Shown here one piece after another: positions 38,968 to 51,000 of a DNA stretch of 64,000 bases. Both the position numbers and the translations under genes were made by a program. The notes beneath the pieces were generated by a model, which worked only from the letters and a program-made list of their open reading frames with translations, made no database searches and was not told the origin of the DNA. This DNA comes from Tubulanus polymorphus (Eukaryota > Animalia > Nemertea), in the NCBI RefSeq assembly GCF_964204645.1, contig NC_134029.1, forward strand, positions 11,062,850 to 11,126,849, read 5' to 3'. Every line of letters starts with the position of its first letter. Position 1 is the stretch's first letter.

Positions 38968-41604
38968 ATGGATGTAGAAGGTGGAGAAGGTTTTCCATTG
39001 GATCCTTTAGATGAACCTGGTATAAGTGATGAACAACCACCTGATTTTGATGAAACAAGTTTCAGTAACGAAAATGAAACAGCATATAATTCTAATTTAG
39101 TAAGACCTGATACTAATGAATATATTAGAGAAGCTAAATCGAGAATAGATCATGAAAATAAAAATTCATATTTAATGAAAAATGAACTAGAATAAGACAA
39201 ATTAACTGATGAATTGAAACCAATGTTAAAAAGATCTGGTTTCAATATAACAGATAAAGGTATGGATTATTTAGTAGAAGGTTTGAAATATTTTAATGGT
39301 GATTATTATTGGGAATTGAAAGGCGACTATTATTTTAAGATTTCAAATATTAAAAGTACCGATAAAATAATAACACAATCAACTTCTAATTTATTAGAAC
39401 AATCTAGAATTAAGAAAATCAATAATGATGTTATAACTGATGTTACACAAAAAGAAAGATCTGATAATTTAAAAGAATTTAAACAAAGAAATGCTAAATT
39501 TTTTAAGATAATTAATGAAAATTTAGAACCAGAAACAATTCCTAAAGAAGATAAAACTTCCAAAACTAGTAGACCTAATTCAAGAGAAGTTCAAACTGAA
39601 AAACTTTTACCGAAGGGATTACTTGATGCAACAGATCAAGAATTAGAAGATTTAGATATATTTTCTGATAAAGCAACTAGAGAGATTATTAGTATAAGAA
39701 ATGCATCTGATAAAATTGCGCATGATAAAAGTATAAGAGATTTTAAAATTAGAACTTTAGAAAAAGAATTAACTGATAAAAATAAAGAAATAGAACAATT
39801 AAAATTAGATAGAGATAATAAAGTTATTGAAGAAATTGAATTTAAAAAAAGAAATACATATTTAGAAAAAGAAAAAGATGATTTAGAATATAACATAGAA
39901 TTACAAAAAGAAGAAATTAAATTATTATTAAAATCATATGATTATAATATTAATAGATTAAAAGTTATTTTTAAAGATTTGTTGATAAAACCAGATTCTA
40001 AAATATCATTGAAAGATAGAATAAAATAGTTATTTAAATTAGAAGGAATAACAATTCTTTCAATTCTAACAGCTGTAACTATGTTATTTACAACAATTGG
40101 TTTAGCTATATCAAATGCTTTGAAATCTACTCCTACTCCCAATAAACCAGATAAACCACCGAGTAATAATTCTATACAAGATAAAGTTAAAGATGGTTTA
40201 AAGAAATTAGCAAAATATTTATGGGAACTATCTAACAAGAAAATTAATTTTAGAAAATTATTTGACGCCTGGGAAAAAAATGTAGAATTTCTGAGCTAAG
40301 CTAATGTGGAATTGCAAATTTGAAATCGAAGTTTTAAGAAATTTGGGGAATGATGAGATTTGGCGATTGGGTAGATGATACAGGTCTTCGACTCTAGTAG
40401 TGGTTTAAATTTTTTTATTGAAAATTCTCAATAATTGATCGCGAATTTGCGACCGACTTCATTTACTTATGCCTCTAAGCTGGTCTGCAACTTCATTGCC
40501 TCCATGGATGAAGAAAGAGCTCTTCTGATGTCTGCTTCATCATGACTTCGAGCATATCGTGTGGCCTAGCCAGCCGGCCCGGTCCCCGGGCCCGGGCCAC
40601 GGGTTTGGCTGTCACTCGATATCCTAGAGTCTTGAGTCTGAGTGGGTTGAAGTAGACATTGTCATTTAAAATAACATGCTTATGTTGTTCTGTATGAATT
40701 ACCCGTGTGTCATGTATGTTGTATTATTTCATTTTAAAATTTGTATTTATTGAATTTGGGAATTTTATCCCGGAATATCAATGTAATAAGGATTGAATTG
40801 AATTGTCACCTTATACACATGCCATCAGAGGACACGGAGCCGTATATGACAGCTATGCTATTATAAATTGCTAATCTCACGAAACTTGCATACTCCTAAT
40901 ATCAAACATATTTTCACAAACGATTGAATATTGAAATTATATGTTTACACATTTTCATATTGACCGCTTGTAGCCGCTGATGAAATTCACGCCGGCCCTA
41001 CACACATCCTAGATAGCTTCGTCATTCCACCGGCATGCCCACGTCAGGGTCTGACTTTTATATCAGACTTCCGCATCGTGTATACATCCGCCATTTAACC
41101 GAATAATCCGATTTACTTATCATTTCTATTTATGCCTGCCGCTTCTGATATAATCATACATCCTTTACTATTACAATACGTCTTCTAATGATATTCAATG
41201 CAATATAACATTTCGACGTTCAAATATAGGTCATTATATAATCACAGGAAGCCATTCTACATCTACGTCAATAATATTTTGCCAGATAGCTTGTTTGTGT
41301 ACACATAAACCTGTGACGTTTTGCACATCGATTTACGGCTGTCGTTTGTAAAATGACGCTGAATGGTTAATATTGTTTAGGTTTCATAATGGTAACGTTT
41401 TATAAGGCGTCAAAAAAATCTGCTGCAGCTTTACCTGGAGTTATTGCATCAATTGTTGGTTTTATATTAAAATCTGCAGGTAATATTCTTAACTTTGCTG
41501 CTGAACATATTATTTTATTTTTAATTACAGTTGTAAGTGCTATTATTTTTGGGTTAGTAAACATGATATCAAAAAGATATCAAGAAAAAAATAATAAAAA
41601 ATAA
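38968..41604 (+). pseudogene. Coiled-coil protein with C-terminal TM segments; stops at 39193 and 40027; interrupted by an insertion
   Basis: ...KYLWELS|KKSAAALPG is split by 40236-41413. An uninterrupted homologue lies at about 63410-64000 (-). Confidence 0.8.
40236..41413 (-). mobile_element. Helentron-like non-autonomous element inserted into Polinton 1
   Basis: Inserted in an A-run with no TSD. Subterminal IR TTGACGCC...GGCGTCAA; on the minus strand a terminal hairpin then CTTGTT. Second copy at 19729-20834. Confidence 0.75.
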
Positions 41605-41628
41605 ATAATTAATTTTTTTGTTTAATAA

Positions 41629-42721
41629 ATGAGTGGGAGTTATATAAGTCCTTCTAAGATTTCTAGAATATCTAATGCTATTAAAGCAGAAAGATCACAT
41701 CGTATAATTACTCATAACCCTTCAAATATTAATCCCGATGAAACTTTATACGTTAGAATCCCTCGATTAACACAAAATACTTTTTATGTTCCAAATAGTA
41801 TTTATTTATCGGCCGATATAAAAGTAATCGGTAATTATAATAATTATGTTGTTGATAATGTTGGAAGATATTTGATTAAAAAGTTAACAATAAAGATTGG
41901 ACCAGAAACAGTTTTCTCATTAGATGATTATAATTTATTTATGCATTATAAAGATTTATGGTTAACTAAAGAAAATAGAAATAATATGATATTCAAGGCA
42001 TCCAATCGGAAAACCATAATAAATTAAGATCAGGAGCTAATGACGCAATAGTAACTCGTGCCACAGATAATTTGATTAAAAAGATTTATGGAAGCAAATA
42101 TAAAATTCCATTAGATTTTGAATTGATAAATAATAATGCACCTTTATATAAATACGCAATTCAAGAAGATATTATATTTGAGAATATGATACAGTAACTG
42201 ATGAAAATATTTCAAGTATAAATCAAACTCAATACAATCAAGGATTTTCATTATTATATGATTATATTGATAAATTTAAAACTGTAACTATTAATGCAAT
42301 TGATGAAATAATTAATGAGAATATTAACTTCCCAAGAAGATCTATTAAAGGTATATTAATATTTTTTACCATTGCAACATATTCTAATGGCGCAATAAAG
42401 GTAGATAATTATTATAATCCTGAAATAACAAAAGTAGAAATAACTATCGAAGGAATAGCAAATAAAATATTTTGCCAAGGAATGAGAATGATAGATCAGT
42501 GGCCAGAAATTAGAAAACATTTTATGAATGAAAAAGTAAATTCATTTGAAAATTGTAATATTAATCAAATTGATTATTATACCGGCAATAAATATGCATT
42601 ATGGTTAGATTTTAGAACAACAGAGGATAATTCATTACATGGTTCTGGGAAAAAACTACAGAACACTAAAGATGGAATACAATTATTCATGAAAAAGAAA
42701 AAAGGAAGCTTAAATTTTTAA
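41629..42721 (+). pseudogene. Major capsid protein (double jelly-roll), frameshifted, with internal and C-terminal deletions
   Basis: THNPSNINPDETLYVRIP, NYVVDNVGR, NINFPRRSIKGIL, KYALWLDFRT...LHGSG. Highly similar to 62157-63376(-). Deletion at about 42180. The capsid call rests on size, context and motif recognition. Confidence 0.8.
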
Positions 42722-42722
42722 A

Positions 42723-43260
42723 AAATACTAAAGAACAATATTTAAGAAATTTATATTACAACCCTGAGAGTTCGGTTGCTTATTCTTCTACTAAAAATAT
42801 ATGGCGTAAAGTAAAACAAGATAAATTAGATAAGATAATCCCACAAAATTTAGTTAAATATAAAGATATAAATGAATTTATGTTATAACAACCAACATAT
42901 ACAACACATAAAAAAATTGTTAGAAAATATAAAACTCGTAAAACTATGGTAAGTTATGTAGATCAACAGTGGCAAGGAGATTTAATTGATATGAAAAATG
43001 TTAAGAAAGATAATGATTATTATTGGTGGTTATTGAATATAATTGATATTTTTAGTCGTTATGTATGGAGCTTCCCACTTTATAGAAAAGATGCTGTACA
43101 AACATCAAATGTTTTAAGAAAATTTCTTTCGGATGATAAACTAAAACCAGAAAAAATACAATTTGATGATGGAAAAGAGTTTGATAATTCATTTGTTCAT
43201 GAACTCTTAGATAATCATAATATTGAATATTTTTCAACAAAATCAGATAAAAAAGCAGCA
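42723..43260 (+). pseudogene. rve-type integrase, N-terminal half only
   Basis: KEQYLRNLYYNPES, QQWQGDLIDM, IQFDDGKEF. Ends at SDKKAA before the catalytic Glu and has an in-frame stop at about 42886. Confidence 0.9.
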
Positions 43261-43461
43261 GATTATTTAGTCATGACTGAAATAAATAAATGGATTGGAT
43301 ATTTATCGTTTCAATTAGGAGGATTTATGACATTATTATCAACTGGGGTTATAACATTTTCAAATATTGAAAGTAAAAATATTTCTATAATAAATGAGCG
43401 AGGTGAAAGAAGTGAAGGAATTAACTGTGAAGAAAAAACCGAGAACTCAGAAACAAATTGA
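43261..43461 (+). pseudogene. C-terminal remnant of the homologue of 58206-58808, fused to the integrase by a deletion
   Basis: DYLVMTEINKWIGYLSFQLG...STGVITFSNI matches DYLVMTELQK*VGYASFQLG...STGVITFSNI in element 2. Confidence 0.8.
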
Positions 43462-43762
43462 ATGGTCTCGGCAATTAGGAATTAAATCACAAGAATATAA
43501 AAAAGCTGTAAAAGAAAAAATAAATAATAAAAATGTTAATAAAAATGGTGAAAATATTGTTATTTCTACTCCTTCTGATAATAGAATATTTGATAAATAT
43601 TTATATTTTACAGTTGGATTTGTAATTGTATTCATTTTGATTGGGTGTAATTGGTATAAGAAATCAAATAAAATTCATGATATTAATAATTCTGAAACAA
43701 CTGCTATCAAAAATGAAAATAATTCTGAAATTCCAAAATTGATAATAAAAAAAATGGATTAA
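43394..43762 (+). CDS. Basic single-TM Polinton protein (homologue of 58801..59169)
   Basis: KKKPRTQKQIEWSRQLG vs KKKVRSEKQIKWARGLG; TM segment; both end in MD. Confidence 0.8.
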   Translation: MSEVKEVKELTVKKKPRTQKQIEWSRQLGIKSQEYKKAVKEKINNKNVNKNGENIVISTPSDNRIFDKYLYFTVGFVIVFILIGCNWYKKSNKIHDINNSETTAIKNENNSEIPKLIIKKMD

Positions 43763-43945
43763 TATTTTAGAAAAAAAGCAAAAAAAAAATAATTTTTTTT
43801 TAATTAATTGAATATCTCACTACTTTTGTCTATCACTGTGTGGGTGCCGTTTATGGCACCATCTATGCGGAGCAATTAAATTGTCCAGATAAGTCATTTC
43901 GGATTCTAGATATTCATTATTTTTATTAATTTATTTTTTTTAAAT

Positions 43946-44272
43946 TTAATCAACAATTTCTAAATCATGATGGCCATCTTCATTTTTCCCATGATAGATT
44001 ATTTTAAATCCTACTAAATCTTTCAATTCCTCAGTACTCAATGAAACCCATTTATCAGGTAAAAATACTTTAAATTCTCGCGATGTACTAACATTACAGT
44101 AGCTTAAATTAGCTGATACTTTCTCTCCATATTTAGTTTTTATCTTTTCTAATTTCAATATCTTATGTTCAATTTCTTTTGTAACATCAACTAACTTTTT
44201 TATTTCAAATTGTTTTTTTGTTGGTTTAATTCTGTTATTTATTGTTGCTAAGAATGCTTTTCTATCTCCCAT
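43946..44272 (-). CDS. Terminal hypothetical protein starting within the right TIR
   Basis: Intact 108 aa with TKYG...VFLP; ATG lies inside the TIR after TAAAT. Confidence 0.7.
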   Translation of the reverse strand: MGDRKAFLATINNRIKPTKKQFEIKKLVDVTKEIEHKILKLEKIKTKYGEKVSANLSYCNVSTSREFKVFLPDKWVSLSTEELKDLVGFKIIYHGKNEDGHHDLEIVD

Positions 44273-44357
44273 TTATAAGGAAAAAAAATTGCTTGTGGTG
44301 ATGAGTGGTGTCTCGTCCTCTCGTCCTCTGGTATGAAAGCCTACTTTCCCAATTACT
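44265..44357 (-). repeat. Right TIR of Polinton 1
   Basis: Reverse complement of 28767-28859, followed by TSD ACTAAA. Confidence 0.95.
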
Positions 44358-46051
44358 ACTAAACTCTTGAATTTCTTGTTTTTACTATAGGATATAGAAG
44401 ATTTTGAAATAGTGGTCTGAGCTCTGACAGCCAATACAGCCAAAATAACAAATTTTGAAGTTTGGATGAAATTTCACAAATTATTTTTATCTTTTGCACA
44501 TATAAGTCGTCTTGAGGCATTCATTGAGACCTAATTCGCTGATTTTAATCAGTTTCATGGTAGGATTTGGTAATATTTTTGCTTGTAGAAGGCTAGAATC
44601 GCAGATTTCGGTCAATTTTTAGGCATGAACCGTAAGATATTTTCTCGTAGGAGGCTCGGTCTAAGCTCATAAATTTATTTCATAAAGGCCATCGTTGCCC
44701 ATGCAGAATAATCACATTAATTCAGCTTTCTTTGATTAAGTTATCTAGTTTGGCTGACTTTTTGGTGCCAGATACTGTCAGGAATTTAAGGGGTAGGGGA
44801 AATGCATATTTTCGTTGAAACCATGGCAACCGAAAGGACATTGTCAGAGGCCAGTTGTGATATTTTTCCTAACTAGTACTGGTGACAACTACGCTTGGTA
44901 TATAAAATTCGTCCCGGCCGAAGGCCTGTGGACGCAGTAGGGTGCATTCGAATTAGGCCTTCAACGCAAGAAAACGCCAAATCTAAAGGTTTCAGCCAAT
45001 TCGATGATGAAAATGGCATTTTTTTCAAAAAATGCTTAAAGATTGTGTTTCTGATTTTTATCCATAGCCATATATTTATATCCATCAGTGAAAAAAATCT
45101 ATCAAGTATTCAGAAAATGTTGTATAATTGTTTTATTCATATTTTGAAATGAATGTTTGACAGAAAACTTGGATTTTGTCGCATACGCGCGATTTGTGCA
45201 TTAGCATGTAATTCCATGTGTAATTGGCCGAGAGCTATTGTATTGCGTTGTATAACTAGGGTGTCTCCACTCTTTCTAAAACTGTACAAAAACTAATGCT
45301 ATTCTTAAGTTTGGGTACTAGTCAGGCATCAGACCACAATTAGGTTAGTAGCTCGAAGATGCGTAGGGCCGGACCCCAAAAATAGTACCTAGAGTGAAGA
45401 AGAGGTCCCCCATAAATGTTGCCATAATTTCTGCAAATGGGATAGGTAACGAATTTCGGTTATATGTATGAAATCCATTGATCCTGAGAGACAGATTGAT
45501 GATGAAATAAGGGATTCCCTGGACTTTTTTTGCTTGGAGTAAGGGTACCAAACACGGTGGGGGATTCCCTTAGATATTTGGCTCGGATGTACTGGCATAC
45601 CTGTACTGGGATACCCCTCCTTTCTAAAGGTTTGATTATTTCAAAAGTTAGGTTGGGTATGTGGGGCGAAAACCACTTCAATGCGTAGCTAAGACGCTGG
45701 CCTATGAGCCATAAGCAGGATTTCCCCTGAATTTACGCGCTTATATATGAACTAAACTCTTGAATTTCTTGTTTTTACTATAGGATATAGAAGATTTTGG
45801 AATAGTGGTCTGAGCTCGAATTACGTTCGACTCAGAGAGAAAACAAACGACAGAAAAGTATCAGGTGATTATCGATAGCCTACTACGGTACACACAGTTG
45901 ACAAACAGTGTTAGGCCTATGCCGGTTGGTGCGTACTGGGAATAAATATACCGGTTGGTCAGTTGGTTCGGTTGTGAAGTGTGGAAGCTAAGCAAGAAGA
46001 AAGCCTACCTACCGGTATTTATTTGTCTATATATATAGGCCTAATATATAG

Positions 46052-46535
46052 TACCCAATAGCATTTTAAGTACATAGTTGTTACCCGTATGTGACTGTAC
46101 GGTGATCTCCCCAGGTTAACCGTACGTGAGTTCCCTACTTACGCCGTACGTGAGTTCCTAGTAGCCAATACCATTTTAAGTATATACGAAGTTGTTACCC
46201 GTACGTGACTGTACGGTGATATCCACAGGTTAACCGTTCGTGAGTTCCCTAAAAACGCCGTACGTGAGTTCCTAGGTCTATAATCTGCAAACGCGCATGC
46301 GTGAAAGAATAGAGTTTGGGTTAGGTGAGGCTAGGCTATTTATAAATCAAATTTCATCCACCCTGCAGTTACGTTCTGTGGCACAGTGGGTAAATCACCG
46401 GACTTCAACTGGATTTTTTTTCGTTTGGTTTCGAATCCCAATATTGCAAGTCTGAGCGTCAACGTACTCACATACGGCTAACCTGTAGAAATCACCGTAC
46501 AGTCACGTACAGGTAACAACAGCGTTTTAAGTATT
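46052..46535. repeat. MITE-like repeat with a duplicated ~120-bp unit and an inverted terminal copy
   Basis: GTTGTTACCCGTAYGTGACTGTACGGTGAT at about 46077 and 46191, inverted at about 46490-46520. Confidence 0.6.
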
Positions 46536-46553
46536 ACGTGAGTACGACAAGCC

Positions 46554-48016
46554 TATGGGCGGCCATTCCCGCCAAAAATCAGCGTTTCGTCTATTTGTCT
46601 GTACTTTGACAAAATGTCATAGTACACCGCCAAAATGTGTAAGCGTAACGTCAAATTGTGTAATGCGGCTAAATAACACAGGGGGGCGAAACTGTACGGA
46701 CAGTATTTTGTGGTATTTTTCTCGCTTTGCCATCATCTCAAGGTCGTCTCATTGAAATAATTTTGCGAGTATCAAATCGACAAATCGTATCATATTCCCT
46801 AAACCCAATAAATTTATTATGAATTTATTATTACTTAATTAGTTAACTCGGAACTCATAAACTCCAGATGTCGTCTCAGGTATGGAGGCCCTATATGGAA
46901 GCCCTGAGACGACACCTTGGGTTCATGAGCTCCCAAGTTCATAACTTCAGAGTTTATGATATTTCTTCACCCAGCACTGGCAGTGGTTGTCTCCACCAGT
47001 GATCTCCGTCGCTCTACGATCCTAGTGTAACCAACTGTGGTACAACTGTGGTACATCAGACACAAAGATTCTTGGTGAAGATATTTCGAGTTTATTTGGG
47101 CATGTACAACACTATGAAATTATGCGACATAAAGAATCCTATTATAAGGATGTTAAATCCGATTACGTCATGAATTAACTAAAAAAAGGATGTCCAGCAT
47201 CAACCAAGACTGGTTGACTGTGCCCAATTCTGCACTGGCAGTCATATGAAGTCGACCGGTAACCAGTCTATCATCAGACATCAGCTTTCTTAATGGTTTA
47301 TAGAAAATAAATAGATGTTTAAAAATGTCTCATAACGAGCGTTTGTTATCTTTTTCATCATTAAAACCCGAGCAGATTCATCGAGAGTCACCGGTTAATC
47401 GGAGTCACCCTTCCCTCTAGCCCGCGCACAGAAAATCCGAGCTACCTACCAGAGGAGGAACGGAAGCGCCCTTCAACATACCATTAATCGCTGGTTATTC
47501 AGTGTCGTCTGAGCCTGAGACGCGGGTCTTTGATAGGGCATCGTGTTTACATTCGACGTTTCGGTATCGCAGGCTTTTTTCATTAGACGAACTCATGAAC
47601 TTGAGAACTCAGGAAGTTATGAACTCGGAACTCATGAACTCAAGATGTCGTCTCAGGGCTTCCATAGGTTTACGGCAAAGTATTTACTTCCGCTATTTTA
47701 CCGTACATTATTACTATATATTATAGTATTAACTAACTAAAGTAACAATAAAATCATTTTATTGGGTTTAGGGAATATGATACGATTTGTCGATTTGATA
47801 CTCGCAAAATTATTTCAATAAAACGACCTTGAGATGATCGCAATGCGAGAAAAATACCGCAAAATACTGTCCGTACAGTGTCGCCCTCCTGTGTTATTTA
47901 GCCGCATTACACAATTTGACGTTACGCTAACACATTTTGGCGGTGTACTATGACATTTTGTCGAAGTACAGAAAAATGGACGAAACGCTGATTTTTGGCG
48001 GGAATGGCCGCCCATA
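46554..48016. mobile_element. Non-autonomous IS3EU-like DNA transposon
   Basis: About 260-bp TIRs beginning TATGGGCGGCCATTCCCGCC; exact 6-bp TSD CAAGCC (46548-46553, 48017-48022). Confidence 0.88.
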
Positions 48017-51000
48017 CAAGCCTACCATGCCTATGTACTACAAACACAACTTTTTCCCTCTTGTCGGCCCTCCAGTGATGTTACTATAGGGCCTAACTGG
48101 TGCCATTATAACATGGATAGGATTTGGTCAGGACTAGCCTAAAGTCTAATTCAGTCTATGTACTAATTCACTCGATAGGCCTATTTTTAAAACAATACAG
48201 TGAAATATTCACACGCAGAAAGACTAATTGATTTGAGCCATGTGATTAAGTTTGGCCAGGCCTTCTCTGACCTGCTGACATTAATAGTCAAACCAAAACG
48301 TTCATGTGGTCACGGCTTGTATACCAGAAATCATTGTAGGCCTGTACATTTTGCTGTTCGTAGGTTTGGTATACCGATTTCTCCATTCTTGACTGATAAG
48401 TGTACGGTACAGCTGAACGCATTATACAATTGTTCCAATGGGAATAGGGCCTATTGATTGGGCTTATTATTTCCTGCTATAGAATACTGAAATAAACCTA
48501 ATGTTCATTCAAATATCCAACATCGGTGAAAGTGTGATTACTGTATACATGTACTGTAGGTTTTCATGTTGTATGAATATTTTGCAGTTCAAATGGGTAT
48601 GATACTGATTCCAATGTCAAACGCATGAAGTTAGATGGTCAAGGACCGTCAACACCAAGATATCTCTCTTCGACCGATGTTGTACCATAGAAGATCTGAT
48701 TCTTTTAACTCAAGGAAAGTGATTCAACACGATCGACATAACACTGGAATAGGTTTGCAGTAACTAACGGTTCATTTCATTTAGTCCTATGTACTTTTTA
48801 GCCAATTTGGATTTGATTGTAATTGAAACTCTGGAACTGTTAACAAAAGACAAGTTGAAAAAACACAAGTTATGCTTGATTCTCATGTTCAAATTTAATT
48901 CAAATTCAAATTTATTTTATTACATCATATTTACAAAACATATCTTTGGTTCATACAGTAATAAAAATTAGAACAGAACAAATATTATTACAGAATTTCC
49001 AAAAAGGCAATGAATTTCTATAACTAAATGAACATTATTTTTCTAATAACTCGGATCAAGGGTGACTCTCCCGTTTATTAGGAAACACACGCAACTAGTG
49101 GAATAGGTTTGATTTACACACATGTTGCAGGTATCAATTGTTTATCACTATAGAATTTGTAATCCATAAAAGCCAAAATCAACATCAGCCGGAAACCCAG
49201 ACCAGATCAATTCATAATTTATTGATCGAATCTACACTACAATATATGTATTTATTCAAATATTTCAATAAAAACATTAACTTCTTAAATCTATTCGAAA
49301 TCATAGTACGTTCTTATCTGTAAATTCACTCAATCTATCGACTCAGCAGGTGCTTAAGATGAGTTCTTAATAGGACAGATCCATTTTTAAGCATGGTGAT
49401 AATACAGTATCATGATGTTTGAATGCCATAATAAATGCCTGGTCAAATAAATTAATATTTGTGATTGTACGTCCGCGTATGTTCGGTTTCAAAGCTGAAT
49501 CATATTTGACGTTTACACAGCATATTAGGTTCGAATCTGTCAATGCATTTATTCTATGTATCAATATTTCAATTTACTACAATTCCCATCATTCTGAATG
49601 GCTTTGCAGAAAACCCGTCATCGCTGCTTGGCAGCTATATTATAAACTTTGTTTACGAGTAAATATATATGTCATGTTCTGTTCCTCGTAGCTGAGACTG
49701 ACAATAGAACTTAGGTCAAGGTCTTGTGGGTTTTGTAGGGTAATCAACCATGTTCCGAAACAGTGAATAAAGCGTGTAATTTATCGCACATTTTTTTCCA
49801 GACGAGTGCTAAGAGAGAACTAATGGGGCCTACCCCTGGATGAAAGTGGCGCTGCGAAGAAGATGCTATAGAAAGGGCCATCATCTGTGCCATAAAATAA
49901 ACGCATCTCTATCCGTCCAACCATCGCTGATTTAAGCATTAGATAAATAATATTTTTGATGATTATCTATTTTATTGTTGAATAATATTACTAATGATAA
50001 TATCCAATAAAGTATTGTATACGTATGACTTATAGTTTATCTCTGTCTACTGGATATCCACCGTGCAGTTTTATAAGGAGGAAACGTTGCTGATAGGTTT
50101 TTAAAACGTTTTTCATGTTTCTGTCATGTTTCAATAAAAGGAATGAATGGACGTTTCAAAATCGGTTAAGAATAACGTTATTGAAACGTTTCTACAAGGT
50201 TTTCAAGATTTTGACAAGGTTTCGTTAATATTGTGTAAAAACGTTTGTAAAACGTTGAAAAGTGTTCACAGAATAACATTTCCGAAACGTTTCAATAGAA
50301 CGTTTCTAATACAAAACCGATACGTTTTCGAAACGTTTCTTGAATGCTTTTGTGTTAGCTTGTTATATTTTTTGCTTAGTTCTCAAAACATTTCGTTTCA
50401 TTTCGTCGAGGTTACTTTTTAATCGTACCGTAAATACATTAACTTCGTAACGTATATTCCAATTTTTATTTGAACTTAATTGTTGTGGTTATATATTTAT
50501 TTGGGATTTTCATTGAGAAATAAATTATAACTTTTCAACAATTAATTTCTTTTTTCGTCGAATTTTGTTGTGGCCAGATGGAAAACATAATAAACAACAT
50601 ATTCCACTACTTAAGACATTGTTAATTTCTACTGGTTTAAGACAATTCGTCTTTCACGAGTTTTGAAAGAAAAACACAATCGAGCTAAGTGAACTAAATT
50701 TAGAGGTTCTTAGAAATTCAAAAATCCTGTCACGTAATCGGACTCGAACCAAAGTCGACTTGCAGTTTGATATAAATTGAGAACTAAGAGATCCAACGAA
50801 AATTGTAAACGTGATCCTGAGCCATGCGATATAGACAATTCCGATGAGGTTTGCCAGGACGGTGTCTTTGAGACGATGTTGTGTCAACAGCGATCGACTG
50901 GCGTGCGTATTTGACCCGCAGATTTTGCTAACAAACACTTTTGTTAAACTGTTGAAAAGACAACTTGCTACGTTGGGGAGTCGTGTTAATTATCATCACA

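Larger units (their letters stand above)
28767..44357 (+). mobile_element. Polinton/Maverick (adintovirus-like) element 1, both ends intact, internally decayed
   Basis: 93-bp TIRs starting AGT and 6-bp TSD ACTAAA (28761-28766, 44358-44363). Encodes pPolB, minor and major capsid and rve integrase. Abrupt AT enrichment at the boundaries. Confidence 0.96.

Noticed and set aside
39330-40238. Antisense ORFs over Polinton genes (also 31428, 32291, 43052, 61337)
   Set aside because: Shadow ORFs of AT-biased coding sequence on the other strand.
40560-40610. GC-rich self-complementary stretch as a possible HDV-like ribozyme (also about 20053-20102)
   Set aside because: I could not fit the nested double pseudoknot; it lies within a repeat family.
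28852-43260. Alternative genetic code or programmed readthrough to explain the stops in Polinton genes
   Set aside because: The stops are mixed (TAA, TAG, TGA), replace different residues and co-occur with frameshifts and deletions, which fits decay or sequence error.
46373-46445. tRNA-like A/B boxes (also about 22640 and about 53840)
   Set aside because: No complete cloverleaf; probably SINE relics.
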